A DNA stretch of 64,000 nt, from NCBI RefSeq assembly GCF_001194135.2, contig NC_068994.1, forward strand, positions 93,596 through 157,595. Direction: 5' to 3'. The notes under the pieces are model-generated. The model was not told the DNA's origin. It worked only from the letters and a program-made list of their open reading frames with translations, and did not search any database. A program made the position numbers and the translations under genes. The stretch comes from Octopus bimaculoides. Taxonomy: Eukaryota. Position 1 is the first letter of the stretch. The number at the start of each line of letters is the position of its first letter. Shown here piece after piece: positions 36,807-50,889 of the stretch.

Positions 36807-37069
36807 ATTATTATTATTATTGTTATTGTTATTATCATCAACATCATCATCATCAGTTATTGTAGCGGTGGTGTTCTGAAAGTGATGCCGGTGGTACTGC
36901 GGCTGGCAACTAGTCTTCCAACTCATTGGTGTCCTATCAATTTTTTCTGTATTTGTGATGCGAACGATTATTGATCGTTTTCTCGCCTGCGTCTCATTAC
37001 GATGGTTTGCCATGTTCTAGTTTCTTCTTTGTCCTCGACATTTAACGAGAAACCGGGAGAAGTGGTTAA

Positions 37070-37272
37070 TAGTTGGTTAAAGAATCTTTTCTACACTAGG
37101 CACAGCGTCCGAAATTTGAGGGGAGGGGGCCATTCGATTAGATCGATCCCAGTATGCAACTGGTACTTAATTTATCGACCCCGGTGAAATTTGAACTCAG
37201 AACATAAAGACAGACGAAATACCACTAAGCATTTCGCTCGGCGTGCTAACGTTTCTGCCATCTCGCCGCCTT
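37070..37272 (-). mobile_element. SINE family B
   Basis: Matches 555-770 with an internal deletion. Confidence 0.8.
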
Positions 37273-38921
37273 AATGGTTGGTTAAAGAATGAATGTTGCT
37301 TTTGCTCACGTTAGTGCAGTACCGGGGACGGGAAGTTCCCATTTCTACTTTCTCTTTCGAAATTGTGGTACTCCTCTTCGATGTCTTGATTGTGGTTTTC
37401 GTTATTACTGCATTTGTTGATGATGTTGTGGTTGGTAGAAAATGAGTTTTTTTTTTTTACTTCATTGCCTGAAGTAAATCTTGTGGTGCTTGGTGTAACT
37501 CCTCCCTCTCCAGTCTTCCACCTTAACGTTTATTAAATCTTCGCTCTTCAAATAAATGGACTCGAAAATCTTTGAGATGTATTCGAGAATCAGCATCATC
37601 TGCACCGTTGTTCTGCTAGGAAAGCTGGTCTCCAGTTGACAATCTCTTAATCTATGTTGAGATGATCTTCGTTTAATGAATCATGTCATGTGACATAATG
37701 CTGAATATCACCATGGTTACCCACCAATTCATAGCAATAAGAAATTCTCGGTGGAGGACCAGAATTACTTGACTGTTTTCCTCACCTCCTATGGACTCGT
37801 TCTTACTCCATCTTGGCAATGAAATGGTAGAAGGCCGTAAGTCTCCAATGCTAGAAGTTCTCTTTATTTGTAAAGTGAATATTTCAACCAGGATCAACTT
37901 TGGTGAACCACATTGACTTGTTTATGGTGCTGACAAAAAACTATTACGTTTGAGAATGGTGAGGACGATGCGGTGGTGTTGCTGTTGTGCTTGCTAATAA
38001 TTGATCCACTAATTGTTTCCATTTAAACGCACCTATTACTGCACTACTGGTCGTTGTGATGGTTGTAGTTGTGCTGTTTTCTTAATCTTTGCTGTTCTTG
38101 CTGCTATCGTTAGGCGCGACGATGGCGGCGGAGTTTGTTTCATTGTTGCTAATATTTTTTGCCAAACTTCGGACCAGAGAAGACAAGACTTTATTTGTAA
38201 CAACGAAAGTGAGTGTCTCCTCTATTCTTTCCTCCATTTAAGTTGTATTTCCTCTTACTGTCCACTCCTCTTTGTCACATGACATTTCTAGAAGCGATGA
38301 TTTTTAAAGATTTTATTTGTTACCAAATTCTTTTAATAGATTTGGCCCCTTATTGGGGCTGAAAAACGAAATGACCATACTTCTCCCTTTCTCGTTCTTC
38401 TTATGATCTCTTCCCAAATCAGATGCGCAACAAAAACAGAACAATAAATTCGTAAATTGATAAACTAACAATTGTTTTCAGATTAGCAGAGCAGCTAAAC
38501 TACGTAACGCACTGTTAAACAATATAAATAATAATAATGATGATATAACAATAATAATAATAATAATAACAACAACAACAACAAAAACAACAACTGAAGA
38601 AGAAAAGAATGAAAACATAAAATGGAAGAAATTTTAAAGTGAGGTTATTAAGGAAATAAAGATTTAAGAGGATTTAGCGCAAATTTGTTTATACTAAAAC
38701 AAAAACACACACAAACACGCACGCGCGCGCACGTCTGTGTGTGTATGTTTATGCATGTGTGTATATATATATATATATATATGCGTGCGCACGTACATAC
38801 ATACACATATATGTATATTTATTCAAGTCTACACTCACTCATATAGATATGCACGCGCACACACTCATAGACTTCTATCCAGATGTCACTTATACATATG
38901 CTTGAATACGTTAGTTATAAA

Positions 38922-38964
<43 letters not shown>

Positions 38965-39626
38965 GTGTGTGTGTGTGTGTGTGTGTGTGTTTGTGTGTGC
39001 GTGCGAACATACGTACTACATCTATAACACATGCGGACTCTTCTGCTTGAGAAGTTACACAAAGTCGGCTGGCACTACGAATTAGTGCTGATTGCCTTTA
39101 TCTCCGTTGGTATGCGTGTGGTTCCCTAACACCCCCACCCTCCCACCTCAGCTCCTTGCTCAGTCAAGAATGCTTCTCTTCCAACACAAAGATCTTCTGC
39201 TAAAGTTTCATTTTACACTAATTAACTTCAGCTTAACATTTATTTATTACTTCGAAAAATCATTTTTCACTTTACTTCTTCCTTTTATCTTTAAAAATGA
39301 GAAATTTTGCACTTTTTCTACTTAAATATAAATAACAAATTGATATTATTTTTTTAATATTTCGTCTTTGGCAACAAGACACACAGCTTTTCTTACCAAA
39401 ATGGCTGTTTTGCATATTTCCTGAATAATTCTAACTTATTACATCAACCCAAGTCTATTGACAGTGATTCTCTCATCATTTCTTCATTAAACGTAGTGAA
39501 GTCTCTAGTTCTCTGAGGAGGATCCAATAAAACGGAAACATGTCTACAGTTGCCTCCCACCCCACTGCTTACCTGTCTAAAGAAACAAAATATTAGTCAA
39601 TGACAAGCTTTTCTTTTTTTGTCATA

Positions 39627-39870
39627 GGCGCAGGAGTGGCTGAGTGGTAAGAAGCTTGCTTACCAACCACATGGTTCCGGGTTCATTCCCACTGCGTGGC
39701 ACCTTGGGCAAGTGTCTTCTACTATAGCCTCGGGCTGACCAAAGCCTTGTGAGTGGATTTGGTAGACGGAAACCGAAAGAAGCCCGTCATATATATGTAT
39801 ATATATATATGTATATGTGTGTGTGTGCGTGTGTGTTGTGTGTGTGTTTGTGTCTGTGTTTGTCCCCACG
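39627..39870 (+). mobile_element. SINE family A, head plus microsatellite, 3'-truncated
   Basis: ggcgcaggagtggctgagtggtaagaagcttgcttaccaaccacatggttccgggttc... Confidence 0.85.
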
Positions 39871-40235
39871 TAAATTCCAGAGATGTAACTTTTTTTGTTA
39901 GAAATAACCTATTTTATTTTTAAGAAGAATTTAAAGAATTGGAAAAGGAAAGTTAGCACACACACATGCACACACATACATGCATACATACATACATACA
40001 CACATACATACATACACACATACATACACACATACATACATGCATACATACATAAGAAAAGCAATGAATACAAGTTGAAGAATGAATAGAAAATAGCGGA
40101 GAGTGAGACAAAGAAAGAAAGAAAGGAAGGGAAAAAGGGGAGAGCGAAGTGGTGAGATATTTGGAAATTTTGTCAAAATTCCAAATGCAACGAGAAAAGA
40201 TGTCGTGGTGTATCTTTTAGGAATATATTTGGCAA

Positions 40236-40335
40236 GTAAACAGGGATGACGTGGCCACCACAAAAATTTGCTGGTAGAGGAAAAACAAGTTTGCCGGACG
40301 GTGACTCACAATTTTTTGGCAAACTGACCGGAAGT
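40236..40335. promoter_or_regulatory. Candidate enhancer: FOX, CRE/ATF, AP-1 and ETS motifs within 100 bp
   Basis: GTAAACA 40236, TGACGTGG 40247, TGACTCA 40302, CCGGAAGT 40328; motif presence only. Confidence 0.25.
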
Positions 40336-40384
40336 CGTTTCTCTATCATACTATTAAATAAAGATATAGAGGCTTAATTATTAT

Positions 40385-40432
<48 letters not shown>

Positions 40433-41284
40433 CCCGTAGAAAACATAATCACACGTAGATTCACACAGACACACAAGGGCGCGTACACAAAACCATGCAC
40501 AAAATACTATTGCGCATACATACATATACACACTAATTTGTATACACACAGCAACTTACATTTACACGCGCGCGCGCGCATTCACAATAACTTCACAAGA
40601 TTAATCCCGATATTGATGAAAGAAAGACGATAATGAATGAGATTAAAGTCAGTCTATGACGGGTAGATGTCAGGTCTGATTGGCTACCATAATGCACAAG
40701 AATTGTTTGTTCTCGTAATACGTTGTAGAATGTTCAAATTTACGTTCAATAAAAACAGATTAGTGAAAGGGTTAGTGTGGCCAGCACCCATGACCCTTTT
40801 TTAGGGTTTCAGTGACTGTGAGAAAAAAAAAAACTCATTCGTGTCAGTAAGTGGGCTCTATTAACTCCCACCCCCGCCATTCACCCAAGGGTAGGTGGCG
40901 TTGTTTAGTCGACCACCAAACAACAGTTACAGTCTCTCAGACGAGCTTTCGCACAGTTCCCGTTTATTAAATTCCATTCAGGAAGCTTTGTCAACACGAA
41001 CCTATGGGTGAAGATACCCCACGGTACTGTAGAGAGGGCTTGAATCCGAAATCGCGTGATTTCGATACAAACTCCCTTATCACACAGCCCAAACCTGCAT
41101 CTATGTTTAATGTAGGCAGTTTCTTCAAAGAGATAATTTACCACAATTTTTATATTTATTTAAAGAGACAGTTGATGAAATAAGTTTAATTTAATAAGTT
41201 AATAAATTGTTGGAGGTGGTGAACAGTGTTTTGCTTCAATGTTATATTGTGTTGTAGAGAATTGCAGGCAATATTTAACCAACA

Positions 41285-41480
41285 GAAGCCATTGGCGAGC
41301 TGAATCGTTAGCACGCCGGGCAAAGTACCTACCGGCATGTCGTCTGTCTTTACGCTCTTTGGCTTTCATCCTTTCGGGATCGATAAAATAAGTACCAGTT
41401 GGGTACTGGGGTCGATGCAATGGATTTAACTCCTCACCGAAATTGCTGGCCTTGTGCCAAACTTTGAAATCAATATCTAC
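41285..41480 (+). mobile_element. SINE family B (further partial copies at ~12575, 13010, 24580, 28580, 50740, 52730 and 63905)
   Basis: ggcgagctgaatcgttagcacgccgggc...gataaaataagtaccagttg...ggggtcgatg. Confidence 0.8.
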
Positions 41481-43118
41481 CCAACACTGTATGTATAAAC
41501 AGAGGTCAACATCTAAAATACACTGCATTAACACGTGTGTGTTTGCGTGTGTTCTATTACTACTTAAGTATTTTACTGGTTTCAATTATTGTCCTGCGGT
41601 CATGATGGGATACTGCCTTCAAGAGCCGATCATATCGATTTCAGCCTGATAATTCTATCAATCTGTATTTATGGAATAGCTAAGTTATCTGCATTGGCAT
41701 ATATCAAATTTTCCATCGGAATGCATTAATACAGATACACACACACATAACATCGACATCCCCCACCCCCAATGTGCGTGTGTGAATGTGTGTTTATCAT
41801 TTAAATTGCGCTTAATACCCTAACCCATAACACAGTTCATGACAACGACCCAGCCACAGTGATGTGAGCCATGAAAGTGAAAAGATTACAAATAATAATT
41901 AGGGCACGAGCTATAATAAAAAGAAATACGAACAAACGCATAGAAACCATACAAGAATGCACAGCATTAGACGCAGTTAAAAAAAAAAAAAACCTCAATT
42001 AGGTACAACCAACATTCTATACGAATCGTTTTCAGTTCAGTAACAGCACCAAATAGTACCGTTTGCAGACACTGGAAGGAATGGTGTGTTTGGCAACATT
42101 GCAGACCTCAAAGAGCAAAGAATGGTGTTGTGTCTTTGATGCAAGAATGAAAAATAAATAAAATTACAAAGGACAATTACACATCGGTGGTGGTGGTGAG
42201 GGTTTGCAATCTATGTTGTCAACACTGGATTGATTGAAGTCGAAATGAGTAAAAGCTGTGATTTACAAAATTATGATGTTTTAAAAGGAGATCGAAGAAG
42301 TTGTGGTGTTCATGTCATATCCTAGTGATGTAAGCGCAGTGAAATGATTTATATTGCATCCGAAATTGCTTCGCAGCGAAAATATATTTCTCTGTGAAAA
42401 GTGCAAGCATCATTTTAACAATAACTGCAGGGAAAAATTTAAAAAAACAACACAAACATGATAAAAGCAGAAAATATTTCTGAAATCAGGTGTTTTTAAT
42501 CAGTATAAGCAAGCGTACCCTTTCTCTCGCTATCTATCTATCTTTCACACACACACACACACACACACACTTCAGCACCCAGCAAGCCCTTTAGTAGCGG
42601 CGGCTGTATGATTTAAATGTTGCCCTTCACACCCCGTTACTTTTCTCTTTTCTCTTTTTTTTTTTTTTTTACTCCACCCGTTTACAATCGCTTGCTTTGG
42701 AGGCTCAGTACACATCTTGATAGCATCAGTTGATGAAGCGGAACTCGGAAAAAAATTAAAGAAAAAAGACATACAGGGTGAGGGTGGATACATTATTAAG
42801 GAGAATGAAATAGGGCTTACACTGGGGGGTGGGGGAAATAATAGTTATGAGATAGACATCAGTGAAATAGGGGTCGTCTTTTCAGTAAATACTAAGATAA
42901 AAACAATGATTAGAAGTTTGTCATCAGTTTCAAGCTTCGTACAAATTGTAAGGTTTATGGTATGTCGGGTATGTTTGTGGGTATTGTATGTGTGCATGCG
43001 AGTGGATATGAATATATGTATATGTGCGCATATGTATACATGCGAGTACGTGTGTGTGTGTATGTATATATTGAATGCATGTGTCAATATATTTGTATGT
43101 GTATGTATTTGTGTAACT

Positions 43119-43164
<46 letters not shown>

Positions 43165-43174
43165 NNNNNNNNNN

Positions 43175-43221
<47 letters not shown>

Positions 43222-43393
43222 AATTCCAACCACGTTTCGTGGTTCGCTACCTCAGCAGTTCCTTTATAGGATTTAGCGGCTAAAGACATCATCAGGAATG
43301 TCAGCGGGCGAATGACCATCCTGCCAAATTTCCCATGACCACCCTGCCAAATTTCCCTTCAAATACTCGCCGGTAGGCTCCACCAGCCAGCAC

Positions 43394-43433
43394 CAGCTGT
43401 CACGTGACACTATCTAAGCTTCAACTGACCAAT
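43394..43433. promoter_or_regulatory. Candidate promoter element: CAGCTG, palindromic TGTCACGTGACA and CCAAT
   Basis: Motifs read directly at 43394, 43398-43409 and 43429; function unproven. Confidence 0.25.
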
Positions 43434-43463
43434 GGAGGGGAAGGACGCACAGAGCTATACGTA

Positions 43464-43502
<39 letters not shown>

Positions 43503-45786
43503 ATACGTATAGTTATATTCTACAGATTTAATGTTTTAGCAAAGGAAATTCGCTTTCACTAATTTCAAACAAGCTATTGAATTAGCAAGAAGTTTCCCTG
43601 TTAAAGCATTAAATTGTTAGATAAAACTATTTTATTTACAGTTATCTCGTATTGAGTTCTTTTTCGATTTTTAGTTTCTTTGACCTTTCGTGTGTGTGTG
43701 TGTGTGTGCGCGCGCATCTTTTGGTAAATATCGAACGGGAGAAGTATTCAATACAAAAATACAGAGAAATAGTTTATCCAGGTCACCCCGTTCGTCGCCT
43801 GTTATTCTGGAGTTTCCCTGACAATACGAGCACTAGACGACGGGTTTCGATACATCAAGGGTGCGGGAAGAGAAACTAGGACACACACACACAAACAATT
43901 AATTAGAGAATATTTTACAAGATTCTTGATGGGAATCGATTTATTGAAACGCATTTTGGGGTAGGGGTCAGTTTAGGGGAGTCGTTATGCCAATAAAATG
44001 TCAACCAAATTTCTGATAAAATATCAAATGAGAAATAACGTATAATTTGTTGTTGTTGTTTTGGTTACTGCTGTTGCTAGAGACTATAGTGTTGCTAAGC
44101 CCCAGAACAGTCCTTCGATCAAAGGCATTCCAGCCATGACCATCCTCCTAGTCTATAACTCTCCAACTACATTAACTGTTGTTATTTATAATATTGAGGG
44201 AGATATAGTTGCTACTTCTAGCGGGTCAAGCTACTTTTAGCTGCTTCTTTGTTGTCGTTGCTGTTTAGTTCCAAGTTATGAAGATCTTCCACCAGTAATT
44301 ACCACGTCTGTTTTCCAGGGTTTCCTTCTTTATTTTATATGGTATGAAACGATTTGAGGGAGATTTGGTTGCTCTCTCATTGACCCGTGTGACTGTGTGT
44401 GTGTGTGTGAGACAGAGAGACAGAGAGAGAAGAAAGAGACAGAGCATTTGTTGTTGCTGTTACGGCTGCAGTTAATATTGTTACTGTTGTTGTAGCTGCT
44501 GCTGCTATTGTTGCTGCTGGTGGTGGTGGCTGTGATGTTGGTGATTGTAGTAGACATGGCGGTGGTAGTGGTGATGGTGCAATACCTTCAACTGATGCTG
44601 ATGCAACTTAGAAATTAAATAAATAAATAAATAAATAAATCTCCAAAACATTTTAATTTTATTGTTTCGTTTATTTTTACTTTTGTTTTTATTTGCGTGA
44701 GTTAGCGAGGGTGGTAGGACACGGATGGAAAGCTTAAATGGAAGATTACGGAGCCGAGAACGAGAAGAAAACACCGAGACCGGTGCGTGAGGGAAGAGGC
44801 TGAGAGATTCTGAAAGTGAATTGAATTGTGAGTCACACATGAAATTGTTGCAATATCTCTCTGTCTGCAAGACACAAGCAATGTTATATTAATCTTGTCA
44901 CGTCGAATGATCAGCCAGGACGGAACCAACGATTAGCTGAAGGCCGGTTCAATGTTTCCTTCTGTTAAACACATCTCTGTCTTTCTTCAACCCAGCACGA
45001 CTTTGTCCAGGCGAAATTTTCCAAAGCAGCGCATTAGAGTCCGCTAGACTGCAGCGACCATACAAACCATTCCAGTCACGTATAATTAAGTCGGCAGAGG
45101 TCCCTGCAGACTGCCTGCATTTTTGCATGTATCTATGTGTTAATAAGGGCTGCCGTTACGTGTGTGTGTGTGTGTGTGTGGTTGTATGTATAATTATATC
45201 AATGCATTAGTGTGGTTATATCAATGTGTGTGTTTATATATTTATAAGTGCATATATAACATACACATGCATGTATACACATATATAATATATAGATGCT
45301 TGCAGATGGATATGATATAAGCACAGACGTATGTCTGTGTGTGTATATATATGTGTGTACATATATATATATGTGTGTGTATATGCATATATGTGTATAT
45401 ATATGTGTGTATACACACACACACGCACGCATATCTGTACATTTTGCATAAACGCATGTACATGTATATATGTATTTGTGTATATATAAAGTAATAAGTT
45501 AGTTTACGTCCCATTAAAAAAAAATGAGAAATAATTTCTTTCAGCGAATGTTGCCAGTGTCTATATATCATTTACAAGAAGAGGGACAACAGACACTTGG
45601 AAGTTTCAGCCTCTAAGCCTTTATCGGATTCACCTATGAAGGCTAGCAAGCTGAAACTTCGGAGTCACTGTCACTTCTCTTCTTGTAAAATTTTTATAAA
45701 TATGTCCTCTACTAAAAAGTATTGAGTACATCTTCAGTTGAATTTAAAATTGTTTTTATATATAACTTGATATAAAAAAAACATTA

Positions 45787-45839
<53 letters not shown>

Positions 45840-45929
45840 ACGCAAGAATACATGCATGCCTACATACATACATGCATTACATATATACTTACACACATAT
45901 CTATAAGCATCAATATTTGTCTGTTTTGA

Positions 45930-46180
45930 AACAACCTCACTATTTCTCAACGAATCTGTTTTACAAGACTCAAAGATGAGATTGAAAGATTCTTGATTAC
46001 AGCACAGGATCAAAAGCTTCCCACCAGAGACCGCCAGAAGAATGTGATGGAGCTGAATATTGTAATTACAGAAAGTGTGTACAATGGCAAGAAACAAGGT
46101 ACCACATCAGCTCTGACTGCCCTGTCCTATTTAAGAAAGAGTGCAGCTACGGATAAGACAAAGTCGGTTGATTCGCTGGA
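45930..46180 (+). mobile_element. R4-like non-LTR fragment (zinc-knuckle region)
   Basis: RLKDEIERFLITAQDQKLPTRDRQ...YRKC..QET..HISSDCPVL.KKE. Confidence 0.7.
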
Positions 46181-47837
46181 TGATATGAAAATATCAACAG
46201 AAAAGCAATCATATCGTTTGATAAGCTACTAAATGTAAATAGATAAATCAAAGTTAATCAGTTGGGTATTAATTGGGAAGTACCACCAGAAAATAAAGCA
46301 CACCCTTATCGAAGTAGCAGTCAAAATAGATAATGTGTTTCTAACAGAAATAGGGAAATCATCAAATAAAAATCTTGAAATAAGGCTAACAGGAATGCAA
46401 GGATTGCAGACGAAAACAATCCCTATAAGAATGAATGCCTCAGGAATAATTTTTAAACATGATGCAAACATACAACCTTATTAATTATGATATACACAAC
46501 ATAGAAAGCATTGCACACACACATCCCGTTGAACACAACAGGACTCCCATTACACACATAACATACGGGAAAACAGTACCACTTGGTACGGCAGGCGCAT
46601 TTCGTAGAGTACATTTGATACTATAGAGTACAACAGAATAGATAAAATACTCCAGAAAACACGAAACCCAAACCAAACACAGCACAAAACCAAGACAGAG
46701 ATGTAAAGTGTAAGAAGGCGAGAAGAAGAAGAAGGTGATGATAGGAAAAGAGAAAAAGAAAAAGAGGAGAAAGGGGATGGTTTCTCTTGGAGATCGATTC
46801 CAATTTTGTGAATTTAACTGTGAGTTTAAAAAAAAAAGCTAAGCTTAAATTATACACCTAAACATTCTTAAATGCATTCGTACATACAAATATATATTTG
46901 TGATTGCAGTAGTAAGTGACAGTATGTAATTTAGGAAGATATCTCAGTTGTTGTTGTTCTCTAGCAATAAATCTTTATTCTGTCATTTACGTTCAGTATA
47001 ATTATCGATACATCACATTCCGAATATTGTGATGCGAAGAGAAGGAAAGCTAAGTGTTCTACATGAACAAGAGAAACGTCTAGAGTAATACCGATCATAT
47101 TCACATCAAAGGTGTTCGAGAACTATGACAAAAAAAAAATGATTTATAAAAGTGGTATTAAATGCCGATTTGGTTTCATAATATGAAAGAAATTGTAGGT
47201 TTGTGAAAAGAGTGTGTAGCGTATAAAAGCAACGTTACCTGCCGGAAATATTAAAAGAAACTCTAGTTTCCTTTACAAGAACAGAATACTGAAGACATAA
47301 TTCCAAAGAAAAATATCCAGCGAATTTATGAACCATACAGTGGATATTTAAAATTGTGTAGGTCAGTTGTCCAGCAAGTGGGAAGAATGAGAGCGAAAGA
47401 TTTGAGTAGTTGACTTTAGAGTAACATACACATCGGGAAGACTGAAATAATGATCTCAGAGTCCCCAATTAGTGCAGATCACAATATGAACCACACGAAA
47501 AACTTTAGGTATAAGAAATAATCCGATTTAGCAACACACGTTTACAACATATTCTACACAATCCTAATATAATATGTAAAACCTAGAAGATGACGTATTC
47601 TATAATTAAACATGTTTAGTTATTGACTAGGTCATCTTCTAGATTTTACCTTGCCTGTTTAGACATAACATTTTGCCTAAAGATGGTGGATTTATGTTAT
47701 GGTGTAAATTACGAATGCATCAATGAAATGCTACCGAAACAGCTGTAATAATTTTTAAACTCCATTTGTGCTCATTTATAGCCACGCCTCACCTGGAGCC
47801 AACACCGAGTCTGATATATGGTTTATTTTGCATTTGG

Positions 47838-47869
<32 letters not shown>

Positions 47870-47879
47870 NNNNNNNNNN

Positions 47880-47925
<46 letters not shown>

Positions 47926-48499
47926 CCTGCTGTACACTACCAACAAATGACACTTAATGGTTGTTTCACCCTACTAAGAACCTAGTATTATGGTACTTAG
48001 TTCTGGCGTCCCGTGTGTTGATGCGCCGAGAATCTAATGAATCCTGTAATCAACTTGTGTATGTATGTATGTATGTATGTATGCATGTGTGTATGTGTGT
48101 GTGTGGGTGCGTGCGTGCGTGTGTATGTATGTATGTGTGTATGTATGTCTCTTTTGTATTTAATCATTCAAATCTTCCTCTGAAGAAGGAGCTGGTTTCT
48201 AACCAAAGATACAAAGCTCCATCTTTGGAATGTAGATAATGAAAACAATGTCATGTTTTAAACCCGAGGAAAGACTTGCATTGTTTTACTATTCCACTTA
48301 CAGATTGTATTTGTAATGTGTGATTAATCAGTTGGTTGATTTCTTTTTCTGAAAAGCAAAGTTTATCCAGACTAACAGTTAGGCATTTATTAACCAAACT
48401 AAGTGCTCCAATTATCATTGGTATAAATGTAAATTTTTAATCGAAATTTTAGAAGCTGGAAGTTTCGAAGTAATTGTCTACACTTATCTTATTTCCCTT

Positions 48500-49230
48500 T
48501 GATTTTCAAAGGCATTCACATCAACAGAACAGCTGATCTATTTCGGTACATACTTTTTCTTGAGTACCCCAAACAACAATATCCGGCCTCTTATGTTTAC
48601 ACAAGACAGATGTTTTGAAGGGAATGTTCCACCAGTATTCTTTGAGTAAGTATTCAATAACAGGAGAATTCTCTATATTTATTCCAAGACAGTCTTTTTT
48701 TTTTCCGAACGGCATTGCGTGTTGTTTTTGCGACAACGTCATGTGGCATAGAGTAGTAGAACCTTGGTGAAATGTTTGAGCAGCTGCTAATCACATGTGT
48801 GATGTCTTCCACAGAAATATGGAATAATTTACATTTATGATAGCATCTAGGAACTCCAATTGCTTCACTGTCTCTTTTGTTGATTAAGTATTTAGTAGCA
48901 ATCTCCTGTTCTTGCATTGCAAAAGCGTAGCCTTCGAAATGTGATGTAGCGGTCACGAGTCCAAAAGGGATTTCGCTTCATGTCAATATTATTATCTTCA
49001 AGTCTACGAGAAACATACCCATGCATGTTCTTTTTGACTTCTTCTTCTTCTTTGTATGCCGAGCGTTTCACTTCCATGTCTTCTTTGAAGTTTGCTTGTC
49101 CGGCTGATTTGGGGTTGTATAGGAGGTCACGAGAAAGAGAGTGCTTCTTGTGGAGCTCACTTCCAGCATGAAGGATATTGTTTTCTTCTCTTTTCAGGCT
49201 GAATGTGAGGCGGCTGTCATCTGACAAAAT
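48500..49230 (-). mobile_element. R4/NeSL-like (RLE) non-LTR fragment
   Basis: KNMHGY..NID..WT..TSHFEGYAFAMQEQEIATKYL..KCKL..EDITHVISSC..HDVVAK; EYWWNIP..CKHKRPDIVVW. Confidence 0.8.
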
Positions 49231-50466
49231 GAGGGAATCATCCTCATGTGTATGCGTGTGCGTGCGTGCGTGTGTGCATGCATGTGTGTGCGTGCGTGCA
49301 TGTAAAATCTGAGAGTGGAAGAGGAGGAGACAGAAAGATTTTTTTTCCCCTTATCTTCTTTATTGGGACAAATATTAACTTCTGGGGAGGAAGTGAATAA
49401 GATCCGAAACGGATGAATCCCCAATAAAGTGAATAGTGAAATAGAAATAACCTTAATATTAAATAATCTCTGAACGGTGATCTTAGTTTTATAACGGAGT
49501 TTATTTGTTTACATGTTTTATGTATGTGTGAGTGTATATAGATATGTGTGTGTGTGTGTGAGTGTGTATGTCTGCGTGTGTGTGAGTGGTGAATGTGTAT
49601 ACATGCGTGTGTTGACAGAGTTTTGGGTGGGGGAGAGAAAAGGTAATACATCGATTCTTGAACAGCTATGAAGGACCCCGAAATATAGTCCCTTTTCACG
49701 ATTGTTTGTTAGTGGGGTGGGGGTAGAAGATATGGAGGTGGTGAAAGAGGTGAGGCTAGAGAGGAAAAAGAGAGAGGGTTTGTAGAGAAAGGGGAGATAA
49801 CAATAGACGAAAATGGGGGAGGGAGGAGGGAGAATTAAATTGTCGTGATGATGATGATGATGATGATGAGTAGGAGAAAGAGGAAGAGTTCTCAGCAAAT
49901 AAACTCCCACCTACGATCTCTGATAGTGAAACCCCTGCAACAGACCCTAGTTTCCTCCCCAGATTCCTTCAGTGCAGTGAAGAGGTTTTGTTAATTCACT
50001 GTTGCTGCCGTTTGTTTACAACATACACTTAATAAACGATGAGAAAATAAAGACAGAGGAGCAAGCTGTGTTGGTTTCAACACATTGCCACCAGATGGCA
50101 GGTTGAACGGAAGTAAAGAAAAGAGGGGAAAAGAAGTAATTGAAAAGGGAGTTCATGTCTGACTCTGCATCTTGTTCGATTTGGAAAAGAGAAAAGAAAG
50201 CAGAAATTGTCGGAGGATCGTGTAAACATGAAAATAAACATGGCGTTCTTACCTGGTTCCATCATATGACCATCCAAAAAGACACGCTGTTGTTTGCAGA
50301 TTGTATTTCACTACCTCTCCACCTTATCTCTACCGTTCTCTGGTGGTTCGATTGCTCATCTCTCTCTCTTTATTTTCGTATCAATCTTCCCGCCTACCTA
50401 TGACCTAGCTACTATAATCCTAAATTTACCACCATATACATACATACATACATACGCACGCGCACG

Positions 50467-50503
<37 letters not shown>

Positions 50504-50833
50504 NNNNNNNNNNATTTCTACTAATTGCCAACTTATAAGTGGATGTTTCGCATTGCGTTTTTTTACAAATGAAACATTGGCCCTGTTGGAGCCATTTCCA
50601 TACTTAATCATTATATTTTGTAGCAGGGGTTCTGAATGAGAGGGAAAGGTGCGAGACGACCACCAAAATTGGTCGTGCAAAAGTTTTCGGCTACTTCACA
50701 TAAACCAGTCAAGAGACAGTGTTTTAAAACAGTAAAATGTCTATAATTTGAACTCAGAACGTAAAAACGGATGAAATGCTGCTAAGCATTTTTCCCGACG
50801 TGTTAACGATTCTGCCAGCTTGCCGTAGAATAA

Positions 50834-50889
<56 letters not shown>

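Noticed and set aside
37520-37930. High-complexity stretch that looked coding on the - strand
   Set aside because: All frames contain stops, there is no consistent splice pair, and no family was recognised.
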